NCBI GenBank assembly: GCA_964543035.1
Contig: CAZIVL010000001.1
Span: 45,714 to 109,713, forward strand
DNA length: 64,000 bases
Direction of reading: 5' to 3'
Source: an uncultured Gammaproteobacteria bacterium
GTDB taxonomy: Bacteria; Patescibacteriota; Microgenomatia; CAZETR01; Amesbacteraceae
This document shows positions 9,083 through 18,606 of this stretch, piece after piece. The first letter of the stretch is position 1; each line of letters begins with the position of its first letter. The notes below the pieces were generated by a model, which was not told the origin of the DNA, did no database searches, and was given only the letters and a program-made list of their open reading frames with translations. The translations under genes were made by a program, and so were the position numbers.

Positions 9083-10201
9083 ATGGGGCGGGACGAAAAA
9101 CCCGCCTTTGTTTTGAAAACAAAAAATATGCAACGCTCAAATACCGCCAGATCCGATTTTGCCCTAGCCGTGGCCCAGATTGCCCACGAGAGGGGTCTGG
9201 ATTCACAGATCATCTTGGATTCTATCAAGTCAGCCCTCGTTGCCGCCTTCAAAAAAGATCATCCCGAATCATACAAAGAAGACCACGTTTATGACGTAGA
9301 CCTAGATTCTAGTTCTGGTGAGGCTCATGTCTTTGAAACAGAAGGTGACGTAACTGAAGAAGATGGCGTTATCACAGTCACTCCCAAAAAGGGCGCAAAG
9401 AGAGTAGACATCACTCCTCCAGGTTACGGCCGCATCGCCGCCCAGACCGCCAAGCAAGTCATCCTCCAAAAAGTTCGCGAAGCCGAAAAATCTCACATCG
9501 TAGACGAATATCAAAAGCGCATGGGAACGTTGGTCTCCGGCATGATCATTCGCTTTGTAGGCCAAGAGATAGTGGTGGACATTGGCAAGGCCGAGGCCGT
9601 CATGCCCAAGGAAGAGCAAGTCCACTCCGAGGATTACAGATTGAGTGCACGCATGAACTTCTTGGTTCACAGTATTCGTGACTCCGTTCGCGGCCAAGAG
9701 GTTGTGGTTTCCCGAGCCGACGCGGGTATAATTCGCGAGCTCTTCAAAAGAGAAGTCCCCGAGGTCAATTCCGGTGCTGTCGAGATCAAAGCTGTCGCCC
9801 GTGACCCCGGTTCCAGGACCAAGATCGCCGTTTACTCAAACCAAAATGGCGTCGATCCCGTGGGTTCATGTGTGGGTCAAAAAGGTGTTCGAGTACAAGC
9901 TGTCATCAGCGAGCTCAACGGTGAAAAGATCGATATCGTTCAATTCAGTGAAGACCAAGAAAAGTTTGTCGCCTCAGCCCTTTCTCCCGCCGCAGGCCTA
10001 TCTGTGAAAATAAACGCTGCAGCCGGTATCGCCCAAGTGACTGCTCCCCAAGACCAGCTCTCTTTGGCCATCGGTCGTGAGGGTCAAAATGCCAAGCTAG
10101 CCGGCAAGCTCGTGGGTCTGCACATCGATATCAAGGGCGGAGATGCTCCAAAAGAAGAGTCCCCAACAAATGATCAAGTCCAAACCCAAAATGACCAGTA
10201 A
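9083..10201 (+). CDS. nusA: Transcription termination/antitermination factor NusA
   Basis: NusA N-terminal domain, S1 and two KH domains; immediately upstream of infB; an alternative start is the Met at 9128. Confidence 0.9.
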   Translation: MGRDEKPAFVLKTKNMQRSNTARSDFALAVAQIAHERGLDSQIILDSIKSALVAAFKKDHPESYKEDHVYDVDLDSSSGEAHVFETEGDVTEEDGVITVTPKKGAKRVDITPPGYGRIAAQTAKQVILQKVREAEKSHIVDEYQKRMGTLVSGMIIRFVGQEIVVDIGKAEAVMPKEEQVHSEDYRLSARMNFLVHSIRDSVRGQEVVVSRADAGIIRELFKREVPEVNSGAVEIKAVARDPGSRTKIAVYSNQNGVDPVGSCVGQKGVRVQAVISELNGEKIDIVQFSEDQEKFVASALSPAAGLSVKINAAAGIAQVTAPQDQLSLAIGREGQNAKLAGKLVGLHIDIKGGDAPKEESPTNDQVQTQNDQ

Positions 10202-10287
10202 TCACGTTTCGTCATCAAAAAGGGTTTTGTAATTTAGGATTTGGAATTTGTTTGGAGCTTAGAATTTAGTTTTTAGTATTTAATTTT

Positions 10288-11688
10288 ATGTTGACCAATC
10301 GTCCTCCCATCGTAGTCATCTTGGGCCATGTCGATCACGGCAAGACCTCTCTTCTGGATTATCTGCGAAAGACTTCAGTAGTCTCCCGTGAAGCCGGCGG
10401 CATCACCCAGCACATCAGCTCCTTTCAACTAATCACCAATAACCAATCACTAATCACTTTCATAGATACTCCCGGTCACGCCGCCTTTTCTAATATTAGA
10501 AGCCGGGGATCAAAGATCGCCGATATTGCTATCCTCGTTGTCGCCTCAGGTGATGGTGTCATGCCTCAGACAAAAGAGTCAATTCAATTTATCAAAGACT
10601 CAAAAATTCCCTTCATAGTCGCCCTCACCAAGTCCGATCTCGATACCGCATCTCCCGATCGTGTGAAAACTCAGCTCACTGAAGTAGATGTCATAGTCGA
10701 GGATTATGGCGGCACCGTTCCTTGTGTCGCAGTTTCAGCAAAAACTGGCGCCGGGATACCCGATCTTTTAGAGATGATCGATCTGGTAAACAGCATGAAT
10801 CCCGCCCAGGCCGACCCCGAAGCCTCATTGGAAGCAGTCGTCTTAGAAAGTAGCCTCGATCCCAAAAAAGGGCCTCTAGCCACAGTTATCGTCAGGTCTG
10901 GCACACTGTCCGTAGGACTTACGCTTTTCCAAAAATCTCAAGTTGGCAAAGTTCGCTCACTTATCGATTCAGATGGAAATCAGATCAAGTCCGCTCTTCC
11001 CTCCACTCCAGTCGAGATCATAGGTCTCTCCGAAGTTTTGGAAGTAGGTTCCATTATCTCCACCCAACCCATCCTCACAACCAATCCCACTACTCACCAC
11101 TCACAACCCGCTACCTCAAAATCAGGTTTAGTGAACCTGATTTTGAAAAGTGATGTCCTTTCATCGCAAGAAGCTATTTTGAGTAGTCTGCCCAAGGGAG
11201 TAAATGTTGTCTCATTCTCAACTGGCGATGTAAACGAGTCCGATGTCGCAACCGCCCAGTCGTCAGGCGCCACTATCCTGGCCTTCAATGTCAAAGCTCC
11301 CAGTGGGGTAGCCAAGCTCGCCGAAGTCGACCATGTTTCGATAAAATCATTCAAAATAATTTATGAGCTTCTCGATACAGTTGCTCGAATGTTTGCTCCA
11401 GTAGTCACGGAGACGGTTTTGGGTAGGGCTACTGTCGCCGCCGAATTCAAGATCAATGCCGATCGTATTGCCGGCGCTCGTTGCACCGAAGGGGTTATTT
11501 CCAAAGGGGATCAGATCAAGATCCAAAGAGGGGAGACTGTAGTCGGGACGAGTAGACTCAAGTCTCTAAAAACCAGCAAAACCGAAATTCCCTCTATCAA
11601 GTCCGGAGGCGAGTTTGGCGCTGTCTTTAGCCCTTATGTTGACTTTAAGGTCGGCGACATTATAATCGCCTTCAAAGTCACATCATGA
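10288..11688 (+). CDS. infB: Translation initiation factor IF-2 (short form, G-domain onward)
   Basis: [21 protein letters not shown] motifs; 466 aa only (no long N-terminal region). Confidence 0.9.
   Translation: MLTNRPPIVVILGHVDHGKTSLLDYLRKTSVVSREAGGITQHISSFQLITNNQSLITFIDTPGHAAFSNIRSRGSKIADIAILVVASGDGVMPQTKESIQFIKDSKIPFIVALTKSDLDTASPDRVKTQLTEVDVIVEDYGGTVPCVAVSAKTGAGIPDLLEMIDLVNSMNPAQADPEASLEAVVLESSLDPKKGPLATVIVRSGTLSVGLTLFQKSQVGKVRSLIDSDGNQIKSALPSTPVEIIGLSEVLEVGSIISTQPILTTNPTTHHSQPATSKSGLVNLILKSDVLSSQEAILSSLPKGVNVVSFSTGDVNESDVATAQSSGATILAFNVKAPSGVAKLAEVDHVSIKSFKIIYELLDTVARMFAPVVTETVLGRATVAAEFKINADRIAGARCTEGVISKGDQIKIQRGETVVGTSRLKSLKTSKTEIPSIKSGGEFGAVFSPYVDFKVGDIIIAFKVTS
10431..10458 (+). 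repeat. Heptamer tandem array AATCACC-AATAACC-AATCACT-AATCACT inside infB
   Basis: Seen directly; encodes …ITNNQSLIT… just before the conserved ITFIDTPGH. Confidence 0.8.
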
Positions 11689-12557
11689 GTACATTAGACA
11701 CTTCCCTCATCCAGCCCGTCCTAAACAGTTCCCAGACCTTTACTATTCTTATTCCCAAAAATCCTCTTTATGACCACGTGGCCTCAGGTCTGGCTCTCAA
11801 ATTGAGCCTAGAAACAGCCGGCAAGAGAGTGACTGTCGCCTGTCCCGACCCCATGACCGTGGAGTTCAACCGTCTGGTAGGTGTAGACGCCATTACTAGT
11901 AATCTCGGTGGCAGAAATCTCCTCATCACTTTCGGTAGTCAGACCGACGTAGTAGACAAGATCAGCTATCACGTCGAAAATGGCGATCTCAGGCTCGTCA
12001 TTACTCCCAAAGAGGGCGCCCCAAATGTAGATCACAGTCAGCTCCAGTTTGTTCCTGGCACGGCCAAACCCGAAGTTCTCATCTTAGTCGGTGCCCTCGA
12101 TCTTACCGATTTTGGCCACATCTATACCAACACCAAAGAGCATTTCCAAGCCTCCAATGTCATCGCTCTTTCCCACACTCCTCCTACCAATCAGTTTGCC
12201 CATTATCATTTTTCCGACGCTGGAGTCTCATCTTTGTGTGAGCTCACCACTCATTTTCTAAACACTTTGACCCTGACTGTGTCTGACGATGCAGCCACCA
12301 ATTTATTATCTGGCATTGAAATAACCACCGCTGACTTTAAGTCTCCGGCTGTTTCCGCCGGTACTTTTGAAGCCGCCGCCAGTCTGCTCAAAAAGGGCGC
12401 CAGGAGACACAATCCCATCAAGCCCTCCGATTTCCCAGCTGGCGCCATTCCCCAAGGGGATAGTACTCCCGGTACAGCCGAAAGAGTCCAAGAAATAAAA
12501 TCTCCTCCAGCCGATTGGGTCGGCCCCAAGATTTACAACAACCCACCACTAATCTAG
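11685..12557 (+). CDS. Hypothetical protein (possible degenerate DHH/NrnA-like fold)
   Basis: 290-aa ORF overlapping the infB stop (ATGA); weak resemblance to DHH-family N-terminus but catalytic Asp/His motifs not evident. Confidence 0.4.
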   Translation: MSTLDTSLIQPVLNSSQTFTILIPKNPLYDHVASGLALKLSLETAGKRVTVACPDPMTVEFNRLVGVDAITSNLGGRNLLITFGSQTDVVDKISYHVENGDLRLVITPKEGAPNVDHSQLQFVPGTAKPEVLILVGALDLTDFGHIYTNTKEHFQASNVIALSHTPPTNQFAHYHFSDAGVSSLCELTTHFLNTLTLTVSDDAATNLLSGIEITTADFKSPAVSAGTFEAAASLLKKGARRHNPIKPSDFPAGAIPQGDSTPGTAERVQEIKSPPADWVGPKIYNNPPLI

Positions 12558-12558
12558 T

Positions 12559-12897
12559 ATGGCCAAAGTCTTATCATTTGAGGACGATTCAGACATGCGA
12601 AGTCTTGTTCGACATGTTATCAAATCAAGTGGGCACGAATTAATAGCAGAGGCAGATAATCCTTTCTCCGCCGTTGATGTAATAGCTAGATTTGCAGCCC
12701 AAGCTGGCATTGCTATCGTAGATGGAAATTTGGGATTCGGAAAAGACGATGGAAGTTTAGTGATCCAAGATTTGAAAGCTGCCAATTCAAAAATTATCAC
12801 AGTGGGGAATTCTCTTGATAGAGATGTTTTTGGGGCTGACCGCCAAGCTCAAAAAAACTTCAATTTGTTGAAAACTATACTGCAAGGTATAAGATAA
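12559..12897 (+). CDS. Receiver-like (CheY-fold) domain protein, hypothetical
   Basis: 112 aa; alternating beta/alpha pattern with acidic N-terminus (SFEDDSD) and an AIVDGNL segment reminiscent of receiver domains. Confidence 0.3.
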   Translation: MAKVLSFEDDSDMRSLVRHVIKSSGHELIAEADNPFSAVDVIARFAAQAGIAIVDGNLGFGKDDGSLVIQDLKAANSKIITVGNSLDRDVFGADRQAQKNFNLLKTILQGIR

Positions 12898-12901
12898 CAT
12901 C

Positions 12902-13183
12902 ATGGCAGAGCGATGGCAGAGTAGTGCCCAAACATTAGTCAATCATGGAGCAGAGGCAGATGACAATGGGACAATTAGAGTAAGGCTTCCAATGGAACCT
13001 GTCCCAGTACAAGCTACACGCCCAACTCCACCAGAAATACCTGGCTTTGAAATTATTAGACGCGAAGGCGATTTCCCATTGCTAGTCAGGGATGGATCTT
13101 CGATCAAGCCCCCACCCGCCAAAGTCGTAGAGCCCCCTGCTCCCAGAGAACGCCAATACGTCGAAATGGAACATATATCCTAA
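12902..13183 (+). CDS. Hypothetical Pro-rich protein
   Basis: 93-aa ORF. Confidence 0.3.
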   Translation: MAERWQSSAQTLVNHGAEADDNGTIRVRLPMEPVPVQATRPTPPEIPGFEIIRREGDFPLLVRDGSSIKPPPAKVVEPPAPRERQYVEMEHIS

Positions 13184-13195
13184 GCACATTTAACA

Positions 13196-13204
13196 TGGTA
13201 TAAT
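13196..13204 (+). promoter_or_regulatory. Extended -10 promoter element TGGTATAAT upstream of rpsO
   Basis: Seen directly; followed by a long AT-rich leader containing the TTAGGATTT…TAGAATTTAG motif. Confidence 0.4.
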
Positions 13205-13335
13205 ACCCACAGTCAAAAAGAGAACTAGCGTTAGTCGGTCTGGTTGCAGCACTCACTAACTCGCCCAATCTCTTTTTTTTCTAATTCTTTAGGATTTAGA
13301 TATTAGAATTTAGAATTTAAAATCATTTTATAAAT

Positions 13336-13605
13336 ATGGCTCTAAACACAGACGCAAAAAAACAAGTCATCAACAAATTTGCCCAAGGCAAAGGGGACAC
13401 CGGATCTCCCGAAGTCCAAGCCGCTCTTCTGACCGAAAAGATTTTGAAGCTCGTTGAGCACTTAAAGGAGCACAAGAAAGACAATCACTCACGTCGTGGT
13501 TTGGTAAGTATGGTCAGTAAGCGCAGACGCTTGCTCTACTATCTCCAAAAGAAAGACGCCCCCAGACACAAAGAAATCGCCAAGAAGCTAGGATTATCGA
13601 AATAA
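13336..13605 (+). CDS. rpsO: 30S ribosomal protein S15
   Basis: 89 aa, S15-like (…[15 protein letters not shown]…); rpsO-pnp arrangement. Confidence 0.9.
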   Translation: MALNTDAKKQVINKFAQGKGDTGSPEVQAALLTEKILKLVEHLKEHKKDNHSRRGLVSMVSKRRRLLYYLQKKDAPRHKEIAKKLGLSK

Positions 13606-13609
13606 GTCT

Positions 13610-13900
13610 ATGATCGGGCTGTTAAGAGCTAGGGAATCAGCCGAAAGAGAACTTGGCAGAAGTGACATTGATCATCCTGTAGCACAACGAGTAAAAGACT
13701 TAAGTGTTGCAGATGCCCTCCTAACTGCTCTTAAAGAAGGAGTTAGGTCAGATGCAGCATTAGGTCTCGCACAAGACTCATTGGCACGTTTGAATACAGA
13801 GCTCACAGCCGAAGAAAAGCTCGTTCTCTCGCCCAAGGCGCGAGCAAAACTAGAAGCAGATGAACAGGAAATTAAACAAAAATTACAAAATATTAGTTAA
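13610..13900 (+). CDS. Hypothetical helical protein
   Basis: 96-aa ORF between rpsO and pnp. Confidence 0.4.
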   Translation: MIGLLRARESAERELGRSDIDHPVAQRVKDLSVADALLTALKEGVRSDAALGLAQDSLARLNTELTAEEKLVLSPKARAKLEADEQEIKQKLQNIS

Positions 13901-14002
13901 TACTGTATAATACCAACTAACTCGAAGATTCGAGAGGTGCGAAGAGAACATTTTTTCTTCAGACTTCTTGAAAACAAACGCTTCGACAAAGAGTAAAAAG
14001 TA

Positions 14003-16225
14003 ATGAACAAAAATATAGTAACAAAAAAATTAACCGTAGCCGGTCGTGAACTATCTTTCGAAGTAGGTCGTTTGGCTGCTCAAGCCACGAGTTCAGTCCT
14101 GGCTCGTTACGGTGATTCCACCGTGCTAGCCACAGTCGTAGTCGGAAAAGAAGATCTCAAAAAAGATTACTTCCCCCTATCTGTCGAATATCAAGAAAAG
14201 TTATACGCAGGTGGTCGCATCAAAGGTTCCAAGTGGGTCAAGCGCGAGAGAAATACCGACGAAGATACTCTTTCAGCCAGACTCATTGATCGCTCGATTA
14301 GACCTCTCTTCCCAAAGAGTTTCAAAAACGAAGTCCAAGTCATCGTCATGGTCTTGTCCACCGACACAGACAACGATACTGATGTCCTAGGTATAAATGC
14401 AGTTTCCGCAGCTCTCGCCATCTCACCCATTCCTTTCGAAGGTCCAGTGGCAGCAGTCCGCATGGGACTCGAGAATGGCACTTTGGTTGTAAATCCCAAA
14501 AATGGCAATGCTGAAGGCGTAGATCTAGATTTGGTAGTCACTAGTACCGAGTCTCTCATCCCCATGATCGAAGCCGGAGCCAGCCAAGTATCCGAAGAAG
14601 TGATGTATCAGGGATTAGAGCAAGCCGTCGCCCAAAACAAGCTCATCATCGGCACTATCAACGAGCTCGTCTCGGAAGTCGGCAAATCAAAGATTGTTCT
14701 AAATAGAGCCGGTCCCGATACCAGTTTCGTAGCCGAAGTTGAGAAGATCGCCACTCCTCTTGTAGAAGAGTATTTAAAATCAGCCTCTCAAAAAGAAGGC
14801 AACAGTTTAGAAGATATCGTTTCTCAGCTAGCCGCCAAATATGAAGCAGCTCAAAAAAGCGAGATCCCAGGCATCATCGAAAACTTGGTGTACAAAGTTT
14901 TGCGCACCAATGTTCTGGAAAAAGATTTGCGTGCCGATGGTCGCAAACTAGATGAGATTAGACCCCTAGACGTCCAAGTGGGAGTTCTTCCCAGAGTCCA
15001 TGGATCGGCCATCTTCCAGAGAGGCCAGACTCAGGCTTTGACTGTTACTACCCTTGGGGCCCCGTCTCTTGGTCAGTCTACCGAGAGTGCCGAAGGAGAG
15101 GGCAACAAGCGCTACATGCATCACTACAATTTCCCTCCCTTTAGTACCGGCGAGACTGGCAAAGTGGGCAGTCCCAAGAGACGTGAGATTGGTCATGGCG
15201 CCTTAGCCGAGAGAGCTCTCATCCCAGTTATTCCATCCGAAGCCGAATTTCCGTACGCCATTCGCGTAGTTTCCGAAATTATGAGTTCCAATGGATCATC
15301 TAGTATGGCCTCCTCATGTGGATCCACCATGTCTCTTATGGACGCCGGAGTTCCCTTGAAGGCTCCCGTCTCTGGTATCTCGACTGGTCTTATCACCGGT
15401 TCAGACTATCCCAAGAATCCAAATAGTTACAAGCTGATCACGGACATTATTGGTCTTGAGGATCACTATGGCGATATGGATTTCAAAGTAGCAGGTACTA
15501 GTACAGGCATCACAGCTATTCAGCTGGATACCAAAGTTGCCGGTCTTACCCTGGACATTTGTAAAGAGACTTTTACCCGCGCCAAGGCCGCTCGTGCCGA
15601 AGTGCTGAAAGCCATGTTGGCAGTTCTGGCCGAGCCCCGAAAAGAAGTAGCCGCTACCGCTCCCAAGATCAGTACTGTTCAGATCCCAGTGGACAAAATC
15701 GGTGAATTGATTGGCCCCGGAGGCAAAAATATCAAAAAACTCATGGCCGACACCGGGACAACTGTAGATGTAAATGATGCTGGCAACGTCTTTATCTCAG
15801 GCGTAGATGCAGTTGGTACTGCCAAAGCTATTGCTTTTGTGACAGGTCTTGGCAAAGAGGCTCAGCCCGGAGAGATCTACGAAGGTACAGTCGAGCGCAT
15901 TCAGCCATTCGGTGCATTTGTAAACATTCTTCCCGGCAAAGACGGTTTACTGCATGTCTCCCAGATGGCCGAAGGCTTTGTCTCAGATCCAAATCAATAT
16001 GTAAAAGAAGGTCAGACGATCAAAGTCTGGGTCGTCAGTGTGGATGACCAAGGCAAGATTGCGCTATCCAGTTTGTTCGACGAAGCAGGAGTCCCAAAGC
16101 CCAAAGCTCGTGAAGAGCGCGCTCCTCGCCAGGACTTTGCTCCCCGCGGCGACCGTGGTGATCGTGGTGACTTCAGACCTCGCCCCCAAGGCCACTTCTC
16201 AGCCCCCCGCCGCCGTGGATTCTAA
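14003..16225 (+). CDS. pnp: Polyribonucleotide nucleotidyltransferase (PNPase) with RGD/RG-rich C-terminal tail
   Basis: Two RNase PH domains, KH and S1 domains; ends …PRGDRGDRGDFRPRPQG…RRRGF. Confidence 0.95.
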   Translation: MNKNIVTKKLTVAGRELSFEVGRLAAQATSSVLARYGDSTVLATVVVGKEDLKKDYFPLSVEYQEKLYAGGRIKGSKWVKRERNTDEDTLSARLIDRSIRPLFPKSFKNEVQVIVMVLSTDTDNDTDVLGINAVSAALAISPIPFEGPVAAVRMGLENGTLVVNPKNGNAEGVDLDLVVTSTESLIPMIEAGASQVSEEVMYQGLEQAVAQNKLIIGTINELVSEVGKSKIVLNRAGPDTSFVAEVEKIATPLVEEYLKSASQKEGNSLEDIVSQLAAKYEAAQKSEIPGIIENLVYKVLRTNVLEKDLRADGRKLDEIRPLDVQVGVLPRVHGSAIFQRGQTQALTVTTLGAPSLGQSTESAEGEGNKRYMHHYNFPPFSTGETGKVGSPKRREIGHGALAERALIPVIPSEAEFPYAIRVVSEIMSSNGSSSMASSCGSTMSLMDAGVPLKAPVSGISTGLITGSDYPKNPNSYKLITDIIGLEDHYGDMDFKVAGTSTGITAIQLDTKVAGLTLDICKETFTRAKAARAEVLKAMLAVLAEPRKEVAATAPKISTVQIPVDKIGELIGPGGKNIKKLMADTGTTVDVNDAGNVFISGVDAVGTAKAIAFVTGLGKEAQPGEIYEGTVERIQPFGAFVNILPGKDGLLHVSQMAEGFVSDPNQYVKEGQTIKVWVVSVDDQGKIALSSLFDEAGVPKPKAREERAPRQDFAPRGDRGDRGDFRPRPQGHFSAPRRRGF

Positions 16226-16228
16226 ACC

Positions 16229-16756
16229 TTGCCCCCAATTATGTCCGAGGTTTTAAACCATTTATTTCAAGCATTTACCCCGGATGAAAATCAGTTACGC
16301 TTCGTTGGAAACGCATTTGCTATTCAGGGCAGAGACCAAAGATTGTTGATCACTGCCAAGCACGTAGTCAAAAAAAAGAGACCTTTAGTTTTCAAAGCGT
16401 GGAAGTCGGATGAAACCTTCGATGATTTACGGTTTACCGGTCGGGGCTATTGGAACGACATTGCTCACGCAGTAATTGGAGGTTTCGGAGGTTTAGAAAT
16501 AGAGAGAAAACTCAAGATCTATCAAACATTGTCTTTAGTATCTCTAATTGACCATAGTTTGTATGAATCCACTTTAGCTATTCAGTATTTAAGGGGGTCT
16601 CAAATCGGATATTCGAGATCAAGCGGAAATCGTATTGGTATCCCAGGATCCTCAGGATCCCCAGTTCTTGACGAGCAAAACAACGTGGTTGGAGTACATT
16701 GTGGAGCTATTGATCTGGCCTCCGTCGTATGGGGAGTGGCCTACAGATTGAGATAA
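16229..16756 (+). CDS. Small trypsin-like serine protease (chymotrypsin fold)
   Basis: TAKHVV (His), D near residue 87, GSSGSPV (Ser) in canonical order; 175 aa. Confidence 0.55.
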   Translation: MPPIMSEVLNHLFQAFTPDENQLRFVGNAFAIQGRDQRLLITAKHVVKKKRPLVFKAWKSDETFDDLRFTGRGYWNDIAHAVIGGFGGLEIERKLKIYQTLSLVSLIDHSLYESTLAIQYLRGSQIGYSRSSGNRIGIPGSSGSPVLDEQNNVVGVHCGAIDLASVVWGVAYRLR

Positions 16757-16786
16757 TTAAGTTGTCAATTGTAGTAAACTAATTAC

Positions 16787-17830
16787 GTGGAAGATCAACT
16801 CACAGCGGATATCGCAAAACTAAAAGCCCGTGTGGACGGCATCAAGCTCCCAGATGATTTGAGAGAAAAAGTAGACCTGATGTTGGCTCGTCTTGAGCGC
16901 CAGGCCAAATACGGTGGATATTCTCTGGAGTATGAGCAAGTCAGTCATTACATCGACTGGGTAGCGAGTCTCCCCTGGGACATTTCTACCAAAGATATTT
17001 TGGATCTCGGTCACGCCAAGCAAGTTCTGGACTCACATCACTTTGGTCTAGAAGATGTCAAGCAAAGATTTTTAGAATATCTCTCGGTACTTTTATTAAA
17101 CGAGCAAACCAATCCCAATTATCACGCCCCCATATTACTTATGGTGGGCCTTGTGGGTACTGGTAAGACGACTCTAGCCAAAAGTCTGGCCGAGTCCATC
17201 GGTCGCAAATTTGTCCGTATCCCGTTTGGAGGCATGAGTTCAGCTCTAGATCTCAGAGGTCTCTCTCGCACTCATCCCGAGGCCGAGCCAGGTCAGATCA
17301 TCAAGGCCTTAAAGCGTGCTGGTTCCAAAAATCCAGTCATTCTCTTAGATGAGATCGATCGTATCGCCCCCTCAGCCCACGGCGAGATCATGGGTGTACT
17401 TGTAGAGCTTCTGGACCCCGAGCAAAACGCTGGTTTTGTAGATCATTATCTCGATTATCCAGTCGACTTGTCTCAGGTGTTGTTTATAGCCACCGGCAAC
17501 AATACGACAAATATCAGTACCGCCGTCATGGACCGCCTGGAGCCCATCACCATGCCTTCTTATACCGATGAAGAAAAGATTAGGATTGCCAAAGATTATA
17601 TTTTCCCCTCCGAAGTAAAAAGTTCCGGTCTCCCAGAAGGCGCTCTTACCATTGACGAAGCTGTTTGGCCCAAGATAGTGAGACCCTTAGGTTTTGACGC
17701 CGGTATTCGCACGCTGGAGAGGACCATCCAGGGCATGACCAGAAAAGTCGCTATGCAAATAGTTGAGGGCAAAGCCCAAAAGATTCATATCAACGACCAA
17801 AACGTAAAAACCTTCCTGCCCAGTTATTAG
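16787..17830 (+). CDS. Lon-like AAA+ ATPase module without S16 protease domain
   Basis: GTG start; Lon-specific segment (…YLDWVASLPWD…), Walker A GLVGTGKTT, LLDEIDR, LLDPEQN, sensor region; ORF stops right after the AAA+ domain. Confidence 0.75.
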   Translation: MEDQLTADIAKLKARVDGIKLPDDLREKVDLMLARLERQAKYGGYSLEYEQVSHYIDWVASLPWDISTKDILDLGHAKQVLDSHHFGLEDVKQRFLEYLSVLLLNEQTNPNYHAPILLMVGLVGTGKTTLAKSLAESIGRKFVRIPFGGMSSALDLRGLSRTHPEAEPGQIIKALKRAGSKNPVILLDEIDRIAPSAHGEIMGVLVELLDPEQNAGFVDHYLDYPVDLSQVLFIATGNNTTNISTAVMDRLEPITMPSYTDEEKIRIAKDYIFPSEVKSSGLPEGALTIDEAVWPKIVRPLGFDAGIRTLERTIQGMTRKVAMQIVEGKAQKIHINDQNVKTFLPSY

Positions 17831-17841
17831 TAAATAAACTT

Positions 17842-17880
17842 GTCATCCTGACCCCGCAGCTGCGGGGGAAGGATCCAGTA
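17842..17880 (+). repeat. Repeat family copy R1: GTCATCCTGA-CCCCGCAGCTGCGGGGG-AAGGATCCAGTA
   Basis: Seen directly, 12 nt after the Lon-like stop. Confidence 0.85.
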
Positions 17881-17887
17881 TCACCAA

Positions 17888-18109
17888 ATGAAAATAGTCC
17901 AGAACAAAAAATTACTCATAGGCTTAATCATTTACTTGCTGATTGGCATAATTTGGATGTGGACTGGATATACAAAATCAAACGCTCTGTTAATCGGTAT
18001 AGGCGCCGAGCCTGCTCCACTCGCCCAACTTATTACTAGTCCGTACATATATCTTTATATCCTCTTCTGGCCATTTTTTGTGTTTACCAATTTTCTGCAA
18101 ACTATATGA
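17888..18109 (+). CDS. Small membrane protein (hypothetical)
   Basis: 73 aa, two TM helices. Confidence 0.35.
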   Translation: MKIVQNKKLLIGLIIYLLIGIIWMWTGYTKSNALLIGIGAEPAPLAQLITSPYIYLYILFWPFFVFTNFLQTI

Positions 18110-18606
18110 AAATCGCCATTCTGTCAGACATTCACGACAATATTTGGAATCTTGAAAAAGCCCTTCCGCTTATCAAGTCCGCTTCCTGCAAAGCTCTGAT
18201 TTTTTGTGGTGACTTTGTCGCCCCATTTACTGCCAATCTAGTTTTCGAAATAGGCCTTCCCATTTATGCCTGTTTCGGCAATAACGACGAGGACCACCAC
18301 GCGATCGCTAGAAGATTAAATGCAACTCAATTATTTGCTTTAACTGATGAATTCGGAGAAGTCGAATTAGACGGCAAAAAGATTGCTTTCTGTCATTATC
18401 CAAAACTAGGAGAGTTACTAGCAGGTACTGGGGAGTACGCAGCCGTTTTTCATGGCCACACTCACGATGCTTATAACAAAAAAGTAGGGGAAACAATCCT
18501 AGCCAATCCCGGTAGCATCTGCGGTATCCAGGGTGGCAAGCCAGGTCTCGCCTCCTTCGGCATCTACGACACGACTGCTCATTCTTACGAGCAGATCACC
18601 CTATGA
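18106..18606 (+). CDS. Metallophosphoesterase (YfcE/MJ0936-like phosphodiesterase)
   Basis: Motifs SDIHDN, GDFVAP, GNND, GHTH. Confidence 0.75.
   Translation: MKIAILSDIHDNIWNLEKALPLIKSASCKALIFCGDFVAPFTANLVFEIGLPIYACFGNNDEDHHAIARRLNATQLFALTDEFGEVELDGKKIAFCHYPKLGELLAGTGEYAAVFHGHTHDAYNKKVGETILANPGSICGIQGGKPGLASFGIYDTTAHSYEQITL

Noticed and set aside
9302-9697. 131-aa minus-strand ORF inside nusA and similar antisense ORFs inside rpoB, rpoC, ftsK, pnp
   Set aside because: Antisense to strongly supported conserved genes.
17842-17880. Hammerhead-type self-cleaving ribozyme in the repeat (CUGA … GCGAAGC … GAAGG)
   Set aside because: The repeat lacks the CUGAUGA/GAAAC catalytic core spacing and helix III partner, and is too short (30-40 nt) for known ribozyme classes.
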